Position numbers and translations under genes: made by a program. The notes beneath the pieces were generated by a model. It did no database searches. It saw nothing but the letters and a program-made list of their open reading frames with translations, and was not told the origin of the DNA. A stretch of 43,396 nt of DNA. It comes from a virus (Duplodnaviria; Caudoviricetes). Location of the stretch: positions 1-43,396 of IMG/VR virus record IMGVR_UViG_3300019996_000010. One strand, written 5' to 3'. This document shows, in pieces, positions 28,410-35,831 of the stretch. Position 1 is the stretch's first letter; every line of letters starts with the position of its first letter.

Positions 28410-28605
28410 TTTTAGCAACGTTTGCACCAATCCAAAAACCAAGACCAATACAGGTAAATATAAAGATCCTACCATTAGTAATATCTTTTGAGGTTATTTT
28501 CTGCGTATGTTTTTTTCGCTGGTCAATTAAGGAATTAGTATATACTTTCGGAGAACAGGCATTAAGACATAATAAAATAATTAATGGAGTCAATATCTTT
28601 TTCAT
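28402..28605 (-). CDS. Small lipoprotein with C-terminal TM helix
   Basis: Lipobox LNA-C; C-terminal IFIFTCIGLGFWIGA. Confidence 0.6.
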   Translation of the reverse strand: MKKILTPLIILLCLNACSPKVYTNSLIDQRKKHTQKITSKDITNGRIFIFTCIGLGFWIGANVAKND

Positions 28606-29261
28606 CGGAAATGTTTCTTAACCATCGTTTCACCCTGATAGCCGACTTGTTCATAAGTGCATGGCTTCGAACCGTTGAGGTAAAGTATAATTGCAAGGGT
28701 GGCCTCATCATGTCTATGGCCCTGTTGCTGTCCGGCGCTCTCTAAATCCTGGCTTCCAAATATGTTTTTTTCTTCAGCTTCAATCCACTGCCCAAAAATA
28801 TGTTGACATTTAGCATAGGCAAAATTAAAATAATAAAACGAACCACCTGCAAGATTCTTTCCATTTAACCATTCACGATTAACCCCAAAGTATTTGATTG
28901 CTTTGTCCGATGTTACATTCATCAAATTACTATCGTCCTTTACCGCAATCACTCCATGTTCCGGGACCAGATGATCCAGGTCTAGCTTCTTCTTTAGGAT
29001 CATCGCCGTATCCATGTAGACTATCTTCTTGTAGCCCTGATTCAAAGCGTGCTGAACGGCCCACGGTTTGAACCCATAACTTGAAGTAAGCCAATCGCGG
29101 GAACCGGGAGGATATTCGTCACGCCAAGCAAAGATTTCAGCCTGTCCGGCATTCCAGTAAATCCGGCGGATGGAGTCAATGAGGGTGTCCTGTTGACGTA
29201 GGTATCCATCCCCGTAATTTTTTGAGGTGATCCCAACTGTTGTAAATGCTAAATCTTTCAT
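28602..29261 (-). CDS. Glycosyltransferase-like protein (GT-A)
   Basis: YGFKPWAV, IVYMDTA, AGGSF, HRHDE. Confidence 0.65.
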   Translation of the reverse strand: MKDLAFTTVGITSKNYGDGYLRQQDTLIDSIRRIYWNAGQAEIFAWRDEYPPGSRDWLTSSYGFKPWAVQHALNQGYKKIVYMDTAMILKKKLDLDHLVPEHGVIAVKDDSNLMNVTSDKAIKYFGVNREWLNGKNLAGGSFYYFNFAYAKCQHIFGQWIEAEEKNIFGSQDLESAGQQQGHRHDEATLAIILYLNGSKPCTYEQVGYQGETMVKKHFR

Positions 29262-30121
29262 TTTCCGTAACTCCAGGGGAAAAGGCCGGGAAATTGTTTT
29301 TCTATCTCAAGGTACTCTTTGGCGTGCGGGTCGATGGTGTTCAGAAATTTCGTCATTACATTTTCGTAGTAACCTGAACTACCTACGTGACCGCAAGTAT
29401 CATTAACCGCTTTGTATTGCGCGGGGATAGGCATCGGTATGTCCTCAATGCTGTAATGTCGCCCGTTACCCTCCGCCAAATTGTGGACCATCCCTAGAAC
29501 AAAATGCTCGGTTGCTGAATCCGCACACTTGGGGTAAATGTACCGATTGAGAAACGTTTGATCGGCCCCCTTCTGTGTGAAGTTTATTCCTGATGATTTG
29601 CTTATCAACTCATCCCACGTTTTGGCCCCTACGCGATCAGTGAAAGTGTTTGCCCAAATTCCAATCATTCCCCCCATCATTGGGATGTTGTGAGAGATTG
29701 AATCTGTGATGCAGTGGATTACCTTTTGTTCTTGTAACCAAATAGCAACCGCCTGCGCTTCACGGTAAGTGCAAACGCTGTCAATGTCCCGACAAAGAGT
29801 GTGGCTGTATTTCAGATCCCCGGTATTGGTCACCGTAAAAACGGGGCGCAATCTCCAAAGCATGCACATTGTAAGGGCTTCATTGGATGGACAAATAACC
29901 ACTTCAATGAATCCCCGATCAATGAGCCAATCGAATAACGGTTGATATTTGGAGGTGTAAGTTTCCTGATCCATGTGAATAACGTTCTCCCATCCAGGAT
30001 AGATCAGCCGATTAATACGGATGTTGACCATTAAACCACGAACGTAACTGGGTAGTTCAAAACAATTGGCGGGAGTTTCACGGCCCGCGCCAAAAAGCGA
30101 ATAAGAGATTGCGCCTTTCAT
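29258..30121 (-). CDS. Glycosyltransferase-like protein (GT-A)
   Basis: ISYSLFG, MLWRL, CRDIDS (DxD), PMMGGM, DQTFLNRYIYP. Confidence 0.7.
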   Translation of the reverse strand: MKGAISYSLFGAGRETPANCFELPSYVRGLMVNIRINRLIYPGWENVIHMDQETYTSKYQPLFDWLIDRGFIEVVICPSNEALTMCMLWRLRPVFTVTNTGDLKYSHTLCRDIDSVCTYREAQAVAIWLQEQKVIHCITDSISHNIPMMGGMIGIWANTFTDRVGAKTWDELISKSSGINFTQKGADQTFLNRYIYPKCADSATEHFVLGMVHNLAEGNGRHYSIEDIPMPIPAQYKAVNDTCGHVGSSGYYENVMTKFLNTIDPHAKEYLEIEKQFPGLFPWSYGK

Positions 30122-30693
30122 TTGTTCCTCTTTGTGTAGTGATAAATCACCTCTGGAATATAATGCTCCACTCTCAACATGCCAGATTTATGAATTTGCG
30201 TCGCCCACTCGGTGTCTTCTGAAATGTACTGATTCGGAAACTTAAACTGTTTTGCGATTGAGGCCTTTAAGCATGAAATGTGATTTGGGAATCTCTCGTA
30301 AGTTACATCCACCATCGGGACCGCGTTCTCGTTTGTGCGGTACTCATTATACCTCAGCGAATGTTCAAATAGTCTAGGGTTCTGTCCATCCTCCGTATAA
30401 ACCCCAAGCAAGGAACAGCAATCTACCCCCTTCCCAATCCCCTCCATTAAATGCTGAATGTAGTTTGCAGCAACCATGTCATCCGAATCGACAAACGCCA
30501 CGTAATCGCCATCAGCTTTCTTGAGTAGTTCGTTACGCTTCGCCCCTGTAGTATTTTCCCCATTGTCGGTTTTAACGATGATTTCTATTTGATGCTCGAA
30601 TTTAGGGAAAATTTGTCTCCTTAACTCACGCATGAGCGGAATAAAATATACCTCATCTTCGGGAACCGTTGGAATTAAAATTGATAGTTTCAT
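30118..30693 (-). CDS. Family 2 glycosyltransferase
   Basis: LSILIPT, GAKRNELL, YVAFVDSDD, SEDTEW; start moved to ATG 30693. Confidence 0.9.
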   Translation of the reverse strand: MKLSILIPTVPEDEVYFIPLMRELRRQIFPKFEHQIEIIVKTDNGENTTGAKRNELLKKADGDYVAFVDSDDMVAANYIQHLMEGIGKGVDCCSLLGVYTEDGQNPRLFEHSLRYNEYRTNENAVPMVDVTYERFPNHISCLKASIAKQFKFPNQYISEDTEWATQIHKSGMLRVEHYIPEVIYHYTKRNK

Positions 30694-31397
30694 CTTAGGT
30701 GGCGCTTGAGCCATTTTAAATGATCCGCGTCATTAAAATCCCATACGTCAAAGTCGGGCAAATCAAAATTCCTCTTAAAGCGTTCTAGGTACAAATCCCG
30801 GCCCTGCATCGTCGTTCTATCTGCCCTGTGATTGATCTCATCCGGTTTAATCCCTAATCGTTTCACTGAGTAGTGTAAATGTGGAAACAAAAGATTGCTT
30901 TTGATTAGTCGATGCAATCCACAAGCGACATGGGTAAACTCGGTATCTACAAATTGATGAAAATATCCAGGGTAATACACATACCCGAATCTTTCATAGT
31001 AAGCCCGGTCAATCACCGGCATCGTGCATATCCACGGCTGAATCCCATCCTCCACCCTCAAAACAAAGTCTTTCTTTCCCCTCACTTCATTTTCAATAAG
31101 CTCGGCCCAATTATCAGGGCAATCGGTGTCATCGGAAAGGACGATCATTATGTCTCCTGTGGCTACTTTGGCGGCGTTGTTGATCGCATCGACTGCGGAA
31201 CGGTTGGGATTAACAATTACTGTTTCGTATCCGGTATAAACCTCTTTGTATGTATCAAGCTGCGGGTCATCGTTATCAAGTGAGATTATTACCTCAATGC
31301 CTAAATGCGCCCTTGATTTTTCTAACCATTTCTCCGTAGTTGCAAACGACCTATCAATTCGGCTTCTCGATGGATGGAGTAAAGAGATTAGGCTCAT
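30690..31397 (-). CDS. Family 2 glycosyltransferase
   Basis: ISLLHPSR, AVDAINNAA, IVLSDD, FVDTEF, HLHY. Confidence 0.85.
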   Translation of the reverse strand: MSLISLLHPSRSRIDRSFATTEKWLEKSRAHLGIEVIISLDNDDPQLDTYKEVYTGYETVIVNPNRSAVDAINNAAKVATGDIMIVLSDDTDCPDNWAELIENEVRGKKDFVLRVEDGIQPWICTMPVIDRAYYERFGYVYYPGYFHQFVDTEFTHVACGLHRLIKSNLLFPHLHYSVKRLGIKPDEINHRADRTTMQGRDLYLERFKRNFDLPDFDVWDFNDADHLKWLKRHLR

Positions 31398-32038
31398 ACC
31401 TTCAAACTTTGATAAAACGCATACGCCTCACTATCGACAATCGACTTTAAGTAACTCCGGTCCGGGTCTTTTCTTTGGTAATTGGTATGGTGCCCACGGC
31501 CACCTGTCTTCCCTATTCCATGCTTCATGCTCACGACTAACGGGGAGGAAATTAGATCCGCTGGAATGTGCTGCCGGTTGACGTAGGTCCAAATCTTGCG
31601 GTCAAGGAAAACCATGTCGGGATCAGGAAATTTAAAACGATCTAACGCAGTCAGGTCAAATGCGGTATGATGTAGACTGGAGCGATCAGGGTGGGTGTCT
31701 TTTTGCCAACTATTATATCTAAGATTGTAGCAAAGCGTTGATGAAGCCCCAATTATTTTAGCGGTTGATGGCCATGCCTCAGTCATTTTTTGAAAATAAT
31801 TTGAAGGATAAAAATCATCTGACTCCATTATGAACACACGCTTAACACCATCCGCTCTTGCTTTATCAATCCCCGCCTTAATTCGCTCGGTTAAATCGAA
31901 TCTACTATCCTGTGGAGGGTAATTCATAATGTATGTCCTTCCTGGTCTGACCTCCATTCTTTCCAACTGATGCAGACAAAAACTCATTAACTCGCGTCTA
32001 TCCCCGCGATCCGGGATAATTACTCCACATGCTTCCAT
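31394..32038 (-). CDS. Glycosyltransferase, GT2-like
   Basis: VIIPDRGDR, FIMESDDFYP. Confidence 0.75.
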   Translation of the reverse strand: MEACGVIIPDRGDRRELMSFCLHQLERMEVRPGRTYIMNYPPQDSRFDLTERIKAGIDKARADGVKRVFIMESDDFYPSNYFQKMTEAWPSTAKIIGASSTLCYNLRYNSWQKDTHPDRSSLHHTAFDLTALDRFKFPDPDMVFLDRKIWTYVNRQHIPADLISSPLVVSMKHGIGKTGGRGHHTNYQRKDPDRSYLKSIVDSEAYAFYQSLKV

Positions 32039-32511
32039 GACTCTCTACGCAGTACGTGTCTAATGGTGTGGTAGGAAACGCCGAATTTTTCCGCTAAATG
32101 GTTAACAGTAACAACCCTAAACTTCCATGAGGCCCTTATCTGCCTTACTGTTTCTTCGGTTAATTTTGAAAGATATTGATCTTCCCCATGCACGTGAACC
32201 GCCCTTCCTTTTGCGTCTCTGTCTCTGTTGTTGTCTCCCTTTGTTCCTAGAAACAAATGATCTGGATTAACACAGTACCTATTATCACACTTATGCAAAA
32301 CACATAAAGTCAAATCAAACGGCCCATTTATAAGCCAAAATGAATATCTGTGTGCCAATTGAATATTAAGTGAAAATGAACCAAACCCATAGCCGCCTTT
32401 AAGATAACGTCCACCCCATATCCAACATCCTGTATTTGGTTCTGGATAAACTAAACTCATAAAGTTTTCCATTGACCACGGCTTCTTAAAATATCCTATT
32501 GTTTTTCTCAT
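32020..32511 (-). CDS. HNH homing endonuclease with C-terminal HTH
   Basis: GCWIW, AHRYS, VLHKCDNRYCVNPDHLFLGT..DN. Confidence 0.92.
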   Translation of the reverse strand: MRKTIGYFKKPWSMENFMSLVYPEPNTGCWIWGGRYLKGGYGFGSFSLNIQLAHRYSFWLINGPFDLTLCVLHKCDNRYCVNPDHLFLGTKGDNNRDRDAKGRAVHVHGEDQYLSKLTEETVRQIRASWKFRVVTVNHLAEKFGVSYHTIRHVLRRESWKHVE

Positions 32512-33005
32512 TTCACCTCCAGGAAACTAAGTGCGCTACCCTTGGCCCCCAACCAAACCTTACAGCCATCCTTCCAAAGGCAAGCGCACAGACTTTTAAT
32601 GTTTGAAACTTCTTCGTCGTGATATGGTTTTGCGTTGTTCATGTCCACCCCCCAAAGTATTATTTCCTGATAACCCCACGACCAAGCCAAAGAGATTGCA
32701 ACGAAAGAAGATGTCAAAGAGAAGTTAACTTTTCCCGGTTCAAGATACCCCTTCCATCTCCTAAAGTCAATCAAATTAAACTTATCCTTGTACTTCATCC
32801 AGGCTGTCAACTGTGAGTAAAATTCAGCTCCGCTACAGCGAATCATGTTAAACCTGTCATGTTCAAATTTTAAGGGGAAATCCACAACGAGCAATCTTTC
32901 TACCTTCTTTCCCGTCTTCTCACAATCGTTTACCCCTAAACTTTCTCCTTTACCGTCCCATAGTTCGGCAGAAGGACCACAACCGATGATATTAATGCCA
33001 CGCAT
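32508..33005 (-). CDS. Maf/DUF115- or CstII-like (sialyltransferase-type fold) transferase
   Basis: IIGCGPS, GVND, SSFVAISLA..WGYQEIILWGVDM. Confidence 0.7.
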   Translation of the reverse strand: MRGINIIGCGPSAELWDGKGESLGVNDCEKTGKKVERLLVVDFPLKFEHDRFNMIRCSGAEFYSQLTAWMKYKDKFNLIDFRRWKGYLEPGKVNFSLTSSFVAISLAWSWGYQEIILWGVDMNNAKPYHDEEVSNIKSLCACLWKDGCKVWLGAKGSALSFLEVK

Positions 33006-33123
33006 TCCAACCCATTGAAAAACAAAAAATCAATAATCTAATAATAACACCTAATCCAATCATAAAAATTGGTAAACAAATCATAATCATAAGCGCAATT
33101 AAAAAATGATTATCCCTTCTCAT
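32992..33123 (-). CDS. 43-aa single-TM peptide
   Basis: MRRDNHFLIALMIMICLPIFMIGLGVIIRLLIFCFSMGWNAWH; overlaps both neighbours and fills the gap. Confidence 0.5.
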   Translation of the reverse strand: MRRDNHFLIALMIMICLPIFMIGLGVIIRLLIFCFSMGWNAWH

Positions 33124-33286
33124 CCACTTTAATTTCAATCCGCTGCTGCCTCGTCTCGTCTAAGTATTTGTCAATCGCAATCTGAATCAAACTATTCACC
33201 GACCGCTTTTCAAGTTTAGCCTGAACTTTGGCGATCTTCAAAGAAGATTTTTCAAGACGCGTTCCGTAGGAGATTAGTTTGACCAC
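33110..33286 (-). CDS. Ribbon-helix-helix DNA-binding protein (58 aa)
   Basis: GTG start; ISYGTRL beta ribbon then AKLEKRSVNSLIQIAIDKYL. Confidence 0.75.
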   Translation of the reverse strand: MVKLISYGTRLEKSSLKIAKVQAKLEKRSVNSLIQIAIDKYLDETRQQRIEIKVDEKG

Positions 33287-33290
33287 GGGC

Positions 33291-33298
33291 GCAATATA
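33291..33298 (-). promoter_or_regulatory. Possible internal -7 promoter box heading the glycan cluster
   Basis: TATATTGC variant 4 nt before the RHH GTG; no good -33 box. Confidence 0.35.
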
Positions 33299-33317
33299 CG
33301 AACGTTATTCGATTTTC

Positions 33318-34640
33318 CTATTGGTAAATGTGGGGTTTGGTGAGGAAATTGGGGTAAGACGCTTCGAGAAGATATCTAAACCCGTCGAAAAAATGTCGGC
33401 CTTCTGCTACCGTTTTAACCAATTCGCCCTCGTCATCGACGGCGGCATAGATACAATCTGTAATTGTTGCCTCGCAGTTCTTGGTGATTTTCACAACCGC
33501 GTTTTGAAGGATTGAGTTACAGAGCACCCGGCTATTGATGTGGGAGGTGTTGACTTTAGGGACAAGTAACTGCCGGTCGGTGAGTTCAAGCATCTGTTTA
33601 ATAATCTTGTAATGATTCACATTACCCCGGATCATTGAAGTTCTATTTTGGCCAGTAGCATCCCCCGTAACCTCTATTTTGAATTTGAAGTGAGGATAAC
33701 GGGCGATAATGTACTCACAAACTTCCTCGCTTGATCCATTCGGAATCATTATCTCGTCAAAAACCACCGTTTCTTTTACGCTAGGTTTCTGCGATACCAG
33801 GCAAGTCATGGGATCCTTATTAAAATCGAAGCTGCAAAGCAAGGGCAAATGAGGGTTAACCGTATAAGTCTGGATAACGTGTTTACCCTGAGTGAAAGCG
33901 TAAAGGTAAGGCTTGTCGATCCCGAAGGCGTTCCAATCCCCGTCAATCAACCTGGCCCTGGTAAGGTCGTCCAGATTCTTTAATTGCTTCATGTAGTTGG
34001 AATCCTCAAATAGCGCGGGGTTATCGCTGATCTTGGCGGGGAGGTAATACCAATCCTCGGGTAAGGTTTTGTTTACCGCCTTATCGTAGATTCGTTTGCG
34101 GGGCCAGCGTAAAGTAGGATTCAAGTTGGCGATTATCACCGGCTTTGGCATGGGGTCTATTCGGTGGCGGCCAGAGCGGATAAAGCAAACGTCCAAAAGC
34201 GCCTCCTGGAGTTCCTCGATCTGTTCCAGGATAAAGCCGTTTACCTCGAGGCCTTTGAATCGGTCAAACTCTTTATCGTGGGCGAAGTCCTCGGCCATGA
34301 AAAGAAGCTGGGAGCCGTTTTTGAAAGTGATTAGCTGATCCTGCTGATTGTAGGACCGAATGAAGTTAGTCGGGGCAATCTTAAAGAATGTCGCAAGGGT
34401 GGTCTTTTTTAGGGTTGGTAGTGACTCCCGGACAACGCACCACTTTGACTTTGGGTAGAATTTGCAAAGCATTATCGCTATGGCAAGGCAAACATAGGAC
34501 TTCCCCCCGCCCATTGCGCCCCCATAGGTTAATAGGGAATATTTGCCGGAAAGAACGGCGGCTACGAATTCCTCCTGTTTAGGGTACGGTTTGAATAGGG
34601 TCTTTTCAGCCAAACTTGATTTTCTGACCGGCAATTTCAA
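33318..34640 (-). CDS. terL: Terminase large subunit
   Basis: Walker A GGAMGGGKS, Walker-B-like FILEQIEE, NLNP coupling motif, nuclease FDFN and GDATG; start may be TTG 34613. Confidence 0.95.
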   Translation of the reverse strand: MKLPVRKSSLAEKTLFKPYPKQEEFVAAVLSGKYSLLTYGGAMGGGKSYVCLAIAIMLCKFYPKSKWCVVRESLPTLKKTTLATFFKIAPTNFIRSYNQQDQLITFKNGSQLLFMAEDFAHDKEFDRFKGLEVNGFILEQIEELQEALLDVCFIRSGRHRIDPMPKPVIIANLNPTLRWPRKRIYDKAVNKTLPEDWYYLPAKISDNPALFEDSNYMKQLKNLDDLTRARLIDGDWNAFGIDKPYLYAFTQGKHVIQTYTVNPHLPLLCSFDFNKDPMTCLVSQKPSVKETVVFDEIMIPNGSSEEVCEYIIARYPHFKFKIEVTGDATGQNRTSMIRGNVNHYKIIKQMLELTDRQLLVPKVNTSHINSRVLCNSILQNAVVKITKNCEATITDCIYAAVDDEGELVKTVAEGRHFFDGFRYLLEASYPNFLTKPHIYQ

Positions 34641-35025
34641 ATACCTGGTCTTCGGCTAAAGTTACGCCAATCTCAGATGAATCTTTGTAGCCATGTTTGG
34701 CAAGCAGGACTTTGGCTATTGTTGGATTGTAGTGCCCTGAAAGGCCATTGTTTATCAGGGCTTCCGCTTGTTTCGCGCGGAGTTCTCCAATAATGTCGGA
34801 AAACCCGGTGTATTTTTTCTCCCAATCGTAGATCGTATCCCGATGAATGCCTAAAAAAATGGCCAATCCTTCGATGCTGGGTAGTTTTACCTTTAGACGG
34901 TTGTCGTATTTGGTGAACTTCTCGGACTCTCCGGAAACAACCTGTTCATTCTCATCCTTACAGGTAACAAGATAGTCCTTTGTTTGCTTAATAAAGTCTT
35001 TGGAATATTCTACCGGCCTTGCCAT
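34606..35025 (-). CDS. terS: Terminase small subunit (P22 gp3-like)
   Basis: MARP start, PSIEGLAIFLGIHRDTIYDW HTH, YNPTIAK; adjacent to terL. Confidence 0.9.
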   Translation of the reverse strand: MARPVEYSKDFIKQTKDYLVTCKDENEQVVSGESEKFTKYDNRLKVKLPSIEGLAIFLGIHRDTIYDWEKKYTGFSDIIGELRAKQAEALINNGLSGHYNPTIAKVLLAKHGYKDSSEIGVTLAEDQVFEIAGQKIKFG

Positions 35026-35051
35026 CTGATTTCATGGATGTGCTTAAATGC

Positions 35052-35077
35052 GGAAAGCCGGTTTTATCCAGCTTCCC
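35052..35077 (-). promoter_or_regulatory. 10-bp hairpin in the terS leader (attenuator/terminator candidate)
   Basis: GGGAAGCTGG-ATAAAA-CCGGCTTTCC on the minus strand; two G-U pairs favour this strand; weak U tract. Confidence 0.5.
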
Positions 35078-35142
35078 TAAAATCTTGCCAACCTTACAGA
35101 AGGCGTGCGCAATATGTGTCTATGCGTTGACTGATCATAATA

Positions 35143-35174
35143 CAAAACTAAATAATTAGTTTGACTTTCACAAA
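35143..35174 (-). promoter_or_regulatory. Late-operon promoter
   Basis: TTTG (35174-35171) -20 nt- TAGTTTTG (35150-35143). Confidence 0.75.
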
Positions 35175-35194
35175 TCCGGGTAGGGAGTCCATTT

Positions 35195-35365
35195 TTATGG
35201 TATGATTTGTTCAATAAATGTTTTACCGGCGATAACTATTTTTTTTGCATCGTACATTTTCAGCCTTTTATTCAGATGCTTTTTTGTAAGCCAGCGCCAA
35301 ACGGTCGCCCTCGAAATACCCACTTTTTGGCCGAATTTAGCGGGTGTGTAGATTTTCGGTTTCAT
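35195..35365 (-). CDS. Small HTH DNA-binding protein (Xis/AlpA-like, 56 aa)
   Basis: MKPKIYTPAKFGQKVGISRATVWRWLTKK...; not in the ORF track. Confidence 0.75.
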   Translation of the reverse strand: MKPKIYTPAKFGQKVGISRATVWRWLTKKHLNKRLKMYDAKKIVIAGKTFIEQIIP

Positions 35366-35381
35366 TCGTGCAATCTTTTGT

Positions 35382-35413
35382 CAAACATAAGCAAAAATAA
35401 ATTTACGTCCAAA
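35382..35413 (-). promoter_or_regulatory. Promoter for the HTH gene
   Basis: TTTG (35413-35410) -20 nt- TATGTTTG (35389-35382). Confidence 0.65.
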
Positions 35414-35429
35414 TGTTTACCTTTGATAT

Positions 35430-35597
35430 ACGGCCTGATAGCACGCACTGGGAGGTGACAACCCGCTGTGCCCTTAATGTTTGGTAGGCTTTGTGTATTG
35501 ATCGCAAGTTCCATCAGCTAATCAATTGAGGGTTCCACGCGGTCAGGACTCTACAGAGCCTTTATTCCACCGCCTACCTTACCTCTGGTATATTTTT
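35430..35597 (+). ncRNA. Candidate structured non-coding RNA
   Basis: -7 box TACCTTTG at 35418-35425; several nested stems with G-U pairs on the plus strand; boundaries approximate. Confidence 0.35.
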
Positions 35598-35748
35598 ATG
35601 CAAACTTTTCTTCAAGCGCCAATTCAATTTCTTTGTTCATTGAACGTTTTGCGGCCTCAGCACAGGATTTTACCCGTTTCGCCAATTCCGGGTTAATCCG
35701 CAAATTTGTGCTGAAAAAGGCCTTTTTGGTCGTTTTCTCTTTCTTCAT
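35596..35748 (-). CDS. Arc-like ribbon-helix-helix repressor (50 aa)
   Basis: STNLRINPELAKRVKSCAEAAKRSMNKEIELALEE matches the Arc pattern; not in the ORF track. Confidence 0.85.
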   Translation of the reverse strand: MKKEKTTKKAFFSTNLRINPELAKRVKSCAEAAKRSMNKEIELALEEKFA

Positions 35749-35753
35749 GGTAT

Positions 35754-35783
35754 CAAAGGTAAAAATATATAAACTATTTCCAA
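35754..35783 (-). promoter_or_regulatory. Leftward promoter of the Arc-like gene
   Basis: TTG -19 nt- TACCTTTG, 5 nt before the ATG. Confidence 0.7.
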
Positions 35784-35800
35784 CAATTTTATACTAAATG

Positions 35801-35831
35801 TTTGGAGGTGTGGTTGAAAGTAGTACCTTTA
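35801..35831 (+). promoter_or_regulatory. Rightward early promoter
   Basis: TTTG (35801-35804) -19 nt- TACCTTTA (35824-35831). Confidence 0.7.

Noticed and set aside
24284-33005. Interpreting the GT block as a captured host capsule/O-antigen locus
   Set aside because: No flippase, polymerase or sugar-synthesis genes; the ORFs are compact and overlap-coupled with flanking phage genes
1011-34582. Many plus-strand and alternate-frame ORFs inside the late arm (e.g. 4377-4613, 7044-7388, 12429-12815, 25253-25687)
   Set aside because: They overlap well-supported minus-strand genes and lack motifs; treated as shadow ORFs
35207-35458. 83-aa plus-strand ORF from the track
   Set aside because: Antisense shadow of the better-supported HTH gene and its promoter
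35362-35514. 50-aa minus-strand ORF MELAINTQSLP... coupled to the HTH gene
   Set aside because: No recognisable motif and it overlaps two promoter boxes and the structured region; unresolved, so not listed as a feature
35482-35578. tRNA-like acceptor stem GGTAGGC...GCCTACC-A on the minus strand
   Set aside because: No T-arm (GTTCRA), D-arm or anticodon arm geometry; kept only as part of the candidate ncRNA
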